Shown here: in pieces, positions 1-6,968 of the stretch
Layout of the letters: each line of letters starts with the position of its first letter
Numbering within the stretch: position 1 is the first letter of the stretch
IMG/VR virus record: IMGVR_UViG_3300020045_016145
Coordinates: 1 to 25,893 of that record
From: a virus
Taxonomy: Duplodnaviria > Caudoviricetes
DNA: 25,893 bases
Strand: one strand, 5' to 3'
Translations under genes and position numbers: made by a program
Notes under the pieces: model-generated
The model's database searches: none
What the model was told of the DNA's origin: nothing
What the model saw: only the letters and a program-made list of their open reading frames with translations

Positions 1-57
1 AAAAACTACTTTTAAAAACATTGATGTTCCTGATAACCACTGTTAAACAAAAATTTG

Positions 58-65
58 TATATTTG
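58..65 (+). promoter_or_regulatory. Bacteroidota primary-sigma -7 promoter element (TAnnTTTG)
   Basis: TATATTTG matches TAnnTTTG and ends 27 nt upstream of the ATG at 93. No clean -33 TTTG at canonical spacing. Confidence 0.5.
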
Positions 66-92
66 TATATCGTTAATTTAAAGACTAAGACA

Positions 93-353
93 ATGGCAAA
101 ACAAACAAGTGGAGGTAAAATATATGTTACATTCACGATTAATAAGGAAGTTAAAAAACGTTTCAATATAGCATGCGCTGTGTTAGGAATGAATATGAGT
201 GAGGTAGCTCAAGCTATGATGGAAAACTTTGTAGATATAAGTAAATCTATGGAAAAGAATGAAATTGAAAGGCTTGACTCATTAAAGGAATTAGATAACG
301 AAATTGAAGTAGTTGTTTCAACTAGATTAGAAGAAAACGATGGAAAACAATAA
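93..353 (+). CDS. Ribbon-helix-helix (ParG/CopG-like) DNA-binding protein
   Basis: KIYVTFTINKEVKKRFNIACAVLGMNMSEVAQAMMENFV fits the strand-helix-G-x-S/N-helix RHH pattern. The in-frame ATG at 93 is preferred over the TTG at 21 because it lies downstream of the promoter box. Confidence 0.6.
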   Translation: MAKQTSGGKIYVTFTINKEVKKRFNIACAVLGMNMSEVAQAMMENFVDISKSMEKNEIERLDSLKELDNEIEVVVSTRLEENDGKQ

Positions 354-732
354 ACCAAACCTGCAAACTCTTTTAAGAGAGGCGGCAAACATAAAAGAAT
401 TATCTGAAAACCCAACTAGAGAAGAAATTTTAGAGAAAGCTGAAGCTATAACTGAAATTAATATGGACAATAAGTGGAATAAGGTAAAAGAAACAATGGA
501 AGGACCATTTGCTGATAGATTTTTGAAAGCAATGGATGCTTTACCGGATAAAGAATTTATAAGAGTATACGGTAAAATGATAGAGTACTTCAAACCTAAA
601 ATTGTTAGAGTTGAAGGATCGAAAGAAAAAGAAGAAGACAATGTACTACGTATTGAAGTATATAATTCTACTAAACCAGCTATAGAAGAAAAAACAATTG
701 ATATAACACACGAAGAAGATGGCACAGAGTGA
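340..732 (+). CDS. Putative terminase small subunit or packaging-associated protein
   Basis: 130-aa helical charged protein two genes upstream of TerL, with overlapping stop and start codons. LPDKEFIRVYGKMIEYFKPKI resembles segments of TerS-like proteins. Mostly a positional call. Confidence 0.4.
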   Translation: MENNKPNLQTLLREAANIKELSENPTREEILEKAEAITEINMDNKWNKVKETMEGPFADRFLKAMDALPDKEFIRVYGKMIEYFKPKIVRVEGSKEKEEDNVLRIEVYNSTKPAIEEKTIDITHEEDGTE

Positions 733-1057
733 AGCGGCTTTTCAGCAAGAATGCGTTATGTGGTTTCATAATGCTTATCCAGGTTTAAGAGGCATGTTAT
801 TTCATATAAGAAATAATAGCAATAGTAAAAAAGAAGGAGCTTACTGGAAAGCTTTAGGCGTATACGCTGGCGTATCTGATTTAATATTATTATACGGATG
901 CAAAGCGCATTGTATTGAATTAAAAACACCTAAAGGTTATCAATCACCAGAACAAATTGCATGGGAAGAAAAAGTGTTTGAACAAGGAATTGATTATTAC
1001 ATAATAAATAGTATAGCAAAATTCAAAAGCGTAATAACTAAAATAGTAGAAGAATGA
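719..1057 (+). CDS. VRR-NUC domain nuclease (PD-(D/E)xK)
   Basis: SEAAFQ...FHIRN...GVYAGVSDL...IELKTPKGYQSPEQ is the VRR-NUC motif set. Confidence 0.88.
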   Translation: MAQSEAAFQQECVMWFHNAYPGLRGMLFHIRNNSNSKKEGAYWKALGVYAGVSDLILLYGCKAHCIELKTPKGYQSPEQIAWEEKVFEQGIDYYIINSIAKFKSVITKIVEE

Positions 1058-2343
1058 ATCCATTAAAAGTATCAGATACATTCTCTATGACTTACGAGGC
1101 ATTCCATACTCCGGGATGTAGGCAGTTAGTAAGTATGGGCGGAAGTAGAAGTAGTAAGTCGTATTCTATTCTACAGATGTTGATGTTAGAATTAATAAAA
1201 CGAAAAAATATTAAAATAACAGTTTGGAGAAATACTAAAGTAACTTGTAGAGCAACAGTTTTAGAAGATTTCCAAAATATAATAATGTTCGATGAAGATA
1301 TAGCTAAAAAGTTTAAAGAAAATAAACAGCATGGTACATTTGTATATTTACCAACTGGTTCTAGAATAATATTTGAAGGAGCGGATAATATTGGTAAAGT
1401 ATTAGGTGGCCAACAAGATATTAGTTTCTTTAACGAGGTAACAGAGTTCTCTAGAGATGTATATTTACAAATTACACAACGTACATCAGATAGAATTATA
1501 TGTGATTATAATCCGTCTAAAGACTTTTGGCTTGAGTCATACAGACATGACTCTGAAACAATATTTATTAGAACTAACTTCTCTAACAATGCTTTCTGCC
1601 CAAAAAATATAGTAAAGCAATTATTATCTTACGAGCCATGGGAACCAGGTTCTTATGAAGTAATAGAAGCTGAAATATACTACAAAGGAAGTCCTGTAAC
1701 AGCTACAAATCAACCGCCGCCAAACATTTTAAACTGGAAAAAAGGCACAGCTTCTGTTTATATGTGGATGGTATACGGCCTTGGGTTAGGAAGTGAAAAA
1801 CCAAATCGTATATATCATGGATGGAGAAAAATAACACAAGAGTATTTTGACTCATTACCTTATACAAGTTATTTTGGTTTAGACTTTGGAACATCAAATC
1901 CAACAGCTTGTGTTGATGTAAAATATGATGGTAATGGAGGAATGTATATTTGTGAAAGATTATATAAGCCACTTGGCGAAATAGAAGACTCGTTAGCTAC
2001 TGTTATTAAATTAAAAGTACCACAAATAATAAAAGGAAAAAGCTACGTTATATGCGACCCTGCTAAAAATGCATATTTAGAAATATTACAAGGGGCAGAA
2101 TATCTTGCTATAGGAGCTATAAAGGGAGCTGGCAGCATAGAAGCTGGAGTAAGCATAGTGCAATCTTTTACTATTTACTACGTATCTTCACCTAATCTTG
2201 AAATGGAATATACTAATTATTCATGGCAAGTTGACAGAAATGGAAAAGCTATTGACACTCCTCTAAAAGATAGAGACCACTTGATGGACGCTATGCGTTA
2301 CTGCATTGCTTTTTTATTCAAATATCTAAACATTAAAATCTAA
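1054..2343 (+). CDS. terL: Terminase large subunit, PBSX/SPP1-like family
   Basis: Walker A variant GGSRSSKS, Walker B FFNE, coupling motif DYNP, and RNase H-like nuclease motifs GLDFG and DHLMDAMRY. Confidence 0.93.
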   Translation: MNPLKVSDTFSMTYEAFHTPGCRQLVSMGGSRSSKSYSILQMLMLELIKRKNIKITVWRNTKVTCRATVLEDFQNIIMFDEDIAKKFKENKQHGTFVYLPTGSRIIFEGADNIGKVLGGQQDISFFNEVTEFSRDVYLQITQRTSDRIICDYNPSKDFWLESYRHDSETIFIRTNFSNNAFCPKNIVKQLLSYEPWEPGSYEVIEAEIYYKGSPVTATNQPPPNILNWKKGTASVYMWMVYGLGLGSEKPNRIYHGWRKITQEYFDSLPYTSYFGLDFGTSNPTACVDVKYDGNGGMYICERLYKPLGEIEDSLATVIKLKVPQIIKGKSYVICDPAKNAYLEILQGAEYLAIGAIKGAGSIEAGVSIVQSFTIYYVSSPNLEMEYTNYSWQVDRNGKAIDTPLKDRDHLMDAMRYCIAFLFKYLNIKI

Positions 2344-2458
2344 GAAAATAACCTTCTACGCGCGAGCGCGCATAATACGCGTTCTTTATATATACCTTAA
2401 TGCAAAATATTTGCTAAAACTTTTTGACCTATTTCGCCAAACGTATTATTTTTTTTGC

Positions 2459-2466
2459 TATCTTTG
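2459..2466 (+). promoter_or_regulatory. Bacteroidota -7 promoter element upstream of the lysis and head genes
   Basis: TATCTTTG matches TAnnTTTG in the gap after terL. TTTCG at 2432-2436 is a possible degenerate -33 element. Confidence 0.5.
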
Positions 2467-2526
2467 TTTTGCAGTAATAGCAAAATAGATTTTAGATATA
2501 AGACTAACAATGAAAACTTTAAAAGA

Positions 2527-2841
2527 TTGGAAGCAGAACAACTTGTAGAGATAAACAGAAAGTTAGAAAGCATAAGCAACCATTACGATTTCTTTAAAAA
2601 GAAAATGGATGTGCTTGATAAAATTGAAACAGCTATACTTGGTAATGAATATAATAAAAGAGGATTTGTACATATGCTTGATGATTTTGAATCCAGAATC
2701 AAAGTTATCGAGGAAAACATTATTATAATGGAAGAAAACATTTTACAAAACTCTAAAAAAATAGAAAACTGGGATAAAGCATTAGTAGCTATAATTATAG
2801 CTGTTGCGATTTTTGAAATAACCAAACACTTTATAAAATGA
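2527..2841 (+). CDS. Coiled-coil protein with C-terminal transmembrane helix (lysis-cassette accessory, XhlA/holin-like)
   Basis: Heptad-like charged region followed by hydrophobic ALVAIIIAVAIFEI; its stop overlaps the holin start. The start is uncertain: TTG 2455 overlaps the promoter box, TTG 2527 is in frame, and ATG 2510 is out of frame (see findings). Confidence 0.55.
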   Translation: MEAEQLVEINRKLESISNHYDFFKKKMDVLDKIETAILGNEYNKRGFVHMLDDFESRIKVIEENIIIMEENILQNSKKIENWDKALVAIIIAVAIFEITKHFIK

Positions 2842-3038
2842 AAACAGTATTTGAATCAAAAACAATTTGGGCTAACATCATAGCTATTTTGTTAGGAGTA
2901 CTTCCTTTAGTCGACGGAAATTTATTGCAAGCAATCGGCGTTGCTAATACAGAAAGTTATTTAACAGTTCTTGGATTTGGCATGGCTATTCTTAATATAT
3001 TATTAAGAACAATCACTAATCAGGGAATTTCAAAATAA
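2838..3038 (+). CDS. Holin (two transmembrane segments)
   Basis: 66 aa with an SKTIW N-terminal motif, two hydrophobic helices and LRxIT near the C-terminus; directly upstream of the endolysin. Confidence 0.75.
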   Translation: MKTVFESKTIWANIIAILLGVLPLVDGNLLQAIGVANTESYLTVLGFGMAILNILLRTITNQGISK

Positions 3039-3536
3039 ATGAAGACTTCAAAAATAGGTATTGACCTAATAAAATTTTTTGAAAGTCTTCATGATGGTGA
3101 TTTAACTCAAATAGGTTTACAGCCAAAAATGTGTCCATCTGGAATATGGACAGAAGGTTGGGGTAGGGCTATGAGAGATGATAACGGAAACTTTATTAAA
3201 GGAATTAAAAATAAAGCTTTAGCTTATTCAAGAATTTCAATTCATACTGAAGAGGAAGCTGATAAAGCATTGCTTGAAGACTTAAGTCCAAGAGAATTTT
3301 TAGTTATGCAAAAATTAAAAGTTGTAGTTCCGCAAAATCATTTTGACATGTTGGTATCGCAAACGTATAATACAGGCGGTTCTGATACGCTTTTTAGAAT
3401 GTTTAACAATAAAGCGTCATTAGAAGATATAGCTAAATGGAATAACTCTCACTATATAATAGGCGGAGGAAAAGTTTTAAATGGATTAATAGCAAGAAGA
3501 AAAGCTGAGTCTAAATTATTGATTGCAAACAACTAA
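3039..3536 (+). CDS. Endolysin, GH24 phage lysozyme
   Basis: GIDLIKFFES (catalytic Glu), CPSGIWTEGWG, QNHFDMLVS..YNTG and C-terminal LNGLIARRKAE. Confidence 0.92.
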   Translation: MKTSKIGIDLIKFFESLHDGDLTQIGLQPKMCPSGIWTEGWGRAMRDDNGNFIKGIKNKALAYSRISIHTEEEADKALLEDLSPREFLVMQKLKVVVPQNHFDMLVSQTYNTGGSDTLFRMFNNKASLEDIAKWNNSHYIIGGGKVLNGLIARRKAESKLLIANN

Positions 3537-3545
3537 ATTAATATT

Positions 3546-4793
3546 ATGAATTTTCGAATCCCCTTCTTAGGAAACATTTATTGGGAGCGCAATAAAAGCG
3601 GAGAAAATTGGTATACAGAATTGTCTGAAGCTGATGGTTTCGGATTAGCAGGTTCTAATTTAGATATTGCTCAAAATCACCCAATATTGACACCAGCAAT
3701 GTTGTTTGTAAGTAAACTTTTTTCACAAGCTAACTTTTATGTAGAAAATGCAAAAGGAGAAAAAAGATATGACCATCCATTATTAACAATGCTTGATAAT
3801 CCAAATTATTATCAAACTAGAATGGATTTGTTGGAAAGCTTAATGTTTATGCAAATAGCAAATGGAGTTGCTGTATTATATAAAAAAACTATAATAGGTT
3901 TTCCTAATGAGCCAACAGCTGTTTACTTATTAGACTATACAAAAATAACTTGGCCTGATGGATTTAAAACAAATTTTTCTACCAATAATAATACAAACCC
4001 AGCTGGCAAAACAAAAGTGGTATATGATAAAGGAGGCATTCAGGAAATAGAAATTCCATTGGATGATTTGTACTTCTTTTATGATATGCCTAATGCTATA
4101 AATAGCAAAAACCAATTTAAATGTAAGTCAAGACTTGATGGTTTAAGACAAACATTAGTAAATACGGCAGACTCATTAGTAGCTAAGAATATTATTCTTA
4201 AAACTAATGGTAAAGAAATGTTAACTGGCGGAAGTGATGGTTTTCCATTAGGAGATGAAGAAAAAGTAGAAGCACAAAAGTTAATGAATAACCGTTATGG
4301 CCTTTCTTCTAATCGTTCTAGAAGCTTAATTACAAGAGCTAATTTAACATGGAAATCGCTACATATTGCTGTTCGTGATTTAGGATTAGATGAATCTGTT
4401 AAAGTTGACGGTAATATTATATATACAGCTTTACATATTCCAAAAGATATATTGTCACTAGAAGCTAAAAAGACAACGTATAATAATTTTAAAGAAAGTA
4501 TGGTTTCATATATTCAAAATGAGACTCAATCTACATTAGATGCTTTTTGTCAAGTTATAAACACTTCTAGCAATGATAAGAAATGGAAATTAAAAGGAAC
4601 GTATGACCATTTGCCTGTTATGCAGTTTATAATGCTAGAGCGCTATGATGTTGTTGCAAAACAAGCTGCAGCATTAAAAGCTTTATTTGAAAGCGGTGTT
4701 CCAAATGATATAGCTTTAGAAATGTGTGGTATGGACAAAACAATGACTCTAACACCGCCAAAGCCTACAACACCAACTACAACACCAACTTAA
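3546..4793 (+). CDS. Portal protein (HK97-like)
   Basis: 415 aa with HPLLTMLDNPNYYQT, ANGVAVLY, SRLDGL, LHIPKDIL and TYNNFKES motifs; lies upstream of the protease and capsid genes. Confidence 0.88.
   Translation: MNFRIPFLGNIYWERNKSGENWYTELSEADGFGLAGSNLDIAQNHPILTPAMLFVSKLFSQANFYVENAKGEKRYDHPLLTMLDNPNYYQTRMDLLESLMFMQIANGVAVLYKKTIIGFPNEPTAVYLLDYTKITWPDGFKTNFSTNNNTNPAGKTKVVYDKGGIQEIEIPLDDLYFFYDMPNAINSKNQFKCKSRLDGLRQTLVNTADSLVAKNIILKTNGKEMLTGGSDGFPLGDEEKVEAQKLMNNRYGLSSNRSRSLITRANLTWKSLHIAVRDLGLDESVKVDGNIIYTALHIPKDILSLEAKKTTYNNFKESMVSYIQNETQSTLDAFCQVINTSSNDKKWKLKGTYDHLPVMQFIMLERYDVVAKQAAALKALFESGVPNDIALEMCGMDKTMTLTPPKPTTPTTTPT
4765..4790 (+). repeat. 12-nt tandem repeat (CTACAACACCAA x2) encoding the PTTPTTTPT tail of the portal
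   Basis: Read directly from the sequence. Confidence 0.8.
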
Positions 4794-4794
4794 A

Positions 4795-5019
4795 ATGTGC
4801 AAACCGTGTCAAGAAAGATGGCGAATAATATTAGCTCAACAATCAAAAGAAGAAACTATGAAAAATAAAGTAACAGAAACACAAGTAGCTAATGCTATGG
4901 AAGTTAATAGTGAAGAAGTTTTAAAAACAGAAGCTGTTATCGCTTCAAAACCTGATATTAATAAAATTGTTGAAGAAAGAAGAAAAGCTCTTCTTGATGG
5001 AAAAACCATTAGAAAATAA
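4795..5019 (+). CDS. Small hypothetical head-region protein
   Basis: Tightly packed after the portal. Alternative in-frame ATG at 4858. Basic C-terminus RRKALLDGKTIRK. Confidence 0.55.
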   Translation: MCKPCQERWRIILAQQSKEETMKNKVTETQVANAMEVNSEEVLKTEAVIASKPDINKIVEERRKALLDGKTIRK

Positions 5020-5022
5020 ATT

Positions 5023-5421
5023 ATGAGCTACGGAAATTTCATTGCGCTTTTAGGGTTTAAAAAACCAGGTGTGCTAATTATACAGCCACAAACTAAAATA
5101 TATAGAGCTTTATTGTTTCAAGATGGCACTGCAAGTTCACCTGTTGTTACTGTTTTAGAAAATACAATAGGTAATATTGTTTGGACAAGAAATGCTGAAG
5201 GTATATATATAGCTACATTAAACAGTGTTTTTACATATTTAAAAACATTTATTACATTTAATACAGGCAACTCTGTAAATGGATTTGGCGGAGCAGAATG
5301 GATTGATGCTAATAGCATACGGTTGTCTACTTATTTGCTAACGTCTTCAGCTGGGCCAACTTATTCAGACGGTAGATTAAGTATTAATGGTGCTTGTATT
5401 GAAATAATTGTTTATCCTTAA
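5023..5421 (+). CDS. Small beta-rich virion or accessory protein, paralogue 1
   Basis: Motif YRALLFQDG..P...VLENT.G....R...G.Y and terminal IEIIVYP, shared with the next ORF. Confidence 0.65.
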   Translation: MSYGNFIALLGFKKPGVLIIQPQTKIYRALLFQDGTASSPVVTVLENTIGNIVWTRNAEGIYIATLNSVFTYLKTFITFNTGNSVNGFGGAEWIDANSIRLSTYLLTSSAGPTYSDGRLSINGACIEIIVYP

Positions 5422-5437
5422 TTAAAAACATTGTATT

Positions 5438-5905
5438 ATGAAACCAGACGGAACAGTAGTTAAATCAATTGAAGATTTAATTACAACAGAACAAGCTGAA
5501 TTACCACTATCATCAGTTAGACCTTATAGAACATGGACAGCTTTATTAAAGCAAGATGGTTCATCTGTGCCTACAGCTGTAGTGTTGGAAAATACATTAA
5601 ATGGAGATGTTTTAATAGCTAGATATGGAGTTGGCGGATACCAGTTAAATCTTCCGTATAATATTCAGTTAGAAAAAATATTTATGTTAGGGCAAACAGT
5701 TTATGATTCAGGAGCTTACACTGTTTCAATGCCTTTAACAGGGTTTTCATCAACAATAGAAGGCGTTGTAATATTTTACGCTAATCATATAGATGGAATA
5801 GTTACAGATCAAATTGCAATAGACATTTACGACTCTTCTAATGCTCAAGTAGAAATGAGTTCTATGATAAGTTTATTACCTATAGAAATTAGAGTTTACA
5901 ATTAA
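5438..5905 (+). CDS. Small beta-rich virion or accessory protein, paralogue 2
   Basis: WTALLKQDG..P...VLENT..G....R...G.Y and terminal IEIRVYN. Confidence 0.65.
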   Translation: MKPDGTVVKSIEDLITTEQAELPLSSVRPYRTWTALLKQDGSSVPTAVVLENTLNGDVLIARYGVGGYQLNLPYNIQLEKIFMLGQTVYDSGAYTVSMPLTGFSSTIEGVVIFYANHIDGIVTDQIAIDIYDSSNAQVEMSSMISLLPIEIRVYN

Positions 5906-5920
5906 TAAACATATTATATT

Positions 5921-6076
5921 ATGAAAAAAGTAGAAGTGCCAGTAGCAGTAGCGGTAAAAACAGTTGAACAAGAAGAAGTTCTAATGGATGAGTATGGATG
6001 CATAATCAAACCATTAAAAGATTTAATAACAACAGAACAACCTGAAGCTGCAACCGCCGAAGAAACAGAAGATTAA
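5921..6076 (+). CDS. Unannotated 51-aa acidic protein
   Basis: Hand translation gives MKKVEVPVAVAVKTVEQEEVLMDEYGCIIKPLKDLITTEQPEAATAEETED*. It fills the gap, ends 4 nt before the protease ATG and has an AT-rich start context. Confidence 0.65.
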   Translation: MKKVEVPVAVAVKTVEQEEVLMDEYGCIIKPLKDLITTEQPEAATAEETED

Positions 6077-6080
6077 GAAA

Positions 6081-6875
6081 ATGGAAAAATTAGTGATACC
6101 TGATTTTGAAACAAAAAAAGAGTTGTATGACTTCTTGATGAAAAACAAGGATTCTCTTATAGCTCAAAAATGTTCTGCAATTAAATTTGCCGACGGCTTT
6201 GAAGCTCATACCAATGTTTTGAAAAACGAAGTTGGGGTTGCTAATAAAAGCACATTTGATGATAACCAAACAGAGATAACAGTTAAAGCTGTTATCAATA
6301 CTACTAATATAATGGACTCTCATGGAGATGTGCATCTTAAAGGTATTTGGAAAAAGTCTTTACAAGAGAATAAAAGAATCATGATGCTTCAAGAGCACAA
6401 GTCAAATCAGTTTGACAAGATAATTGCAAGCGGAGATGATTTAAAAGCTTCTGTTAAAACATATACTTGGAAGGAACTTGGTTATGACATTGATGGCGAA
6501 ACGCAAGCTTTAGTTTTTGAGGCTAAAGTTAAAAAAGCACGTAATCCATTTATGTTTGAACAATACAAACAAGGTTATGTAGATAATCATTCTGTTGGAA
6601 TGCAATATGTTAAATTAAACATAGCTGTAAACGATGAAGATTATCCATTAGCAAAAGAATTGTATGATACTCATATTAATGAAATTGCAAACAAAAGCGA
6701 AGTGGAGTCTAGAGGTTATTTTTGGGCTGTAGCAGAAGCTAAAGCAATTGAAGGCTCAGCAGTTCCAAATGGCAGTAACAAAATTACTCCAACATTAGAA
6801 GTTAAAAACTTTAATCAAGAAGTTACTGAATCAGCTAAAGCTATGGCTATTAAAGCTTTTTTAGGAATTAAATAA
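6081..6875 (+). CDS. Prohead maturation protease (HK97 gp4-like)
   Basis: DSHGDVHLKGIWKKSL, MLQEH (His), NHSVG (Ser) and EGSAVPNGSN; located immediately before the major capsid gene. Confidence 0.88.
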   Translation: MEKLVIPDFETKKELYDFLMKNKDSLIAQKCSAIKFADGFEAHTNVLKNEVGVANKSTFDDNQTEITVKAVINTTNIMDSHGDVHLKGIWKKSLQENKRIMMLQEHKSNQFDKIIASGDDLKASVKTYTWKELGYDIDGETQALVFEAKVKKARNPFMFEQYKQGYVDNHSVGMQYVKLNIAVNDEDYPLAKELYDTHINEIANKSEVESRGYFWAVAEAKAIEGSAVPNGSNKITPTLEVKNFNQEVTESAKAMAIKAFLGIK

Positions 6876-6877
6876 TA

Positions 6878-6925
6878 AAAGCCGCGAAAGCACTTTATAA
6901 TAAGAAGGAGCCGTGAAAACACTCT
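6878..6925 (+). promoter_or_regulatory. Tandem structured RNA hairpins upstream of the capsid gene
   Basis: AAAG-CC-GC-GAAA-GC-A-CTTT (6878-6896) and GGAG-CC-GT-GAAA-AC-A-CTCT (6907-6925) have the same architecture with compensatory base changes. Confidence 0.6.
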
Positions 6926-6968
6926 GGATGACAAACAAAAAAATTCATAACCTAATCCTTTAAAAAAA

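Noticed and set aside
21-92. N-terminal extension of the first ORF from TTG 21
   Set aside because: It spans the predicted promoter box, and ATG 93 has the better context and starts the RHH-like domain.
5023-6076. Diversity-generating retroelement template/variable repeat pair
   Set aside because: The repeat is only 29 nt, the mismatches are not adenine-specific, and no reverse transcriptase is in the window.
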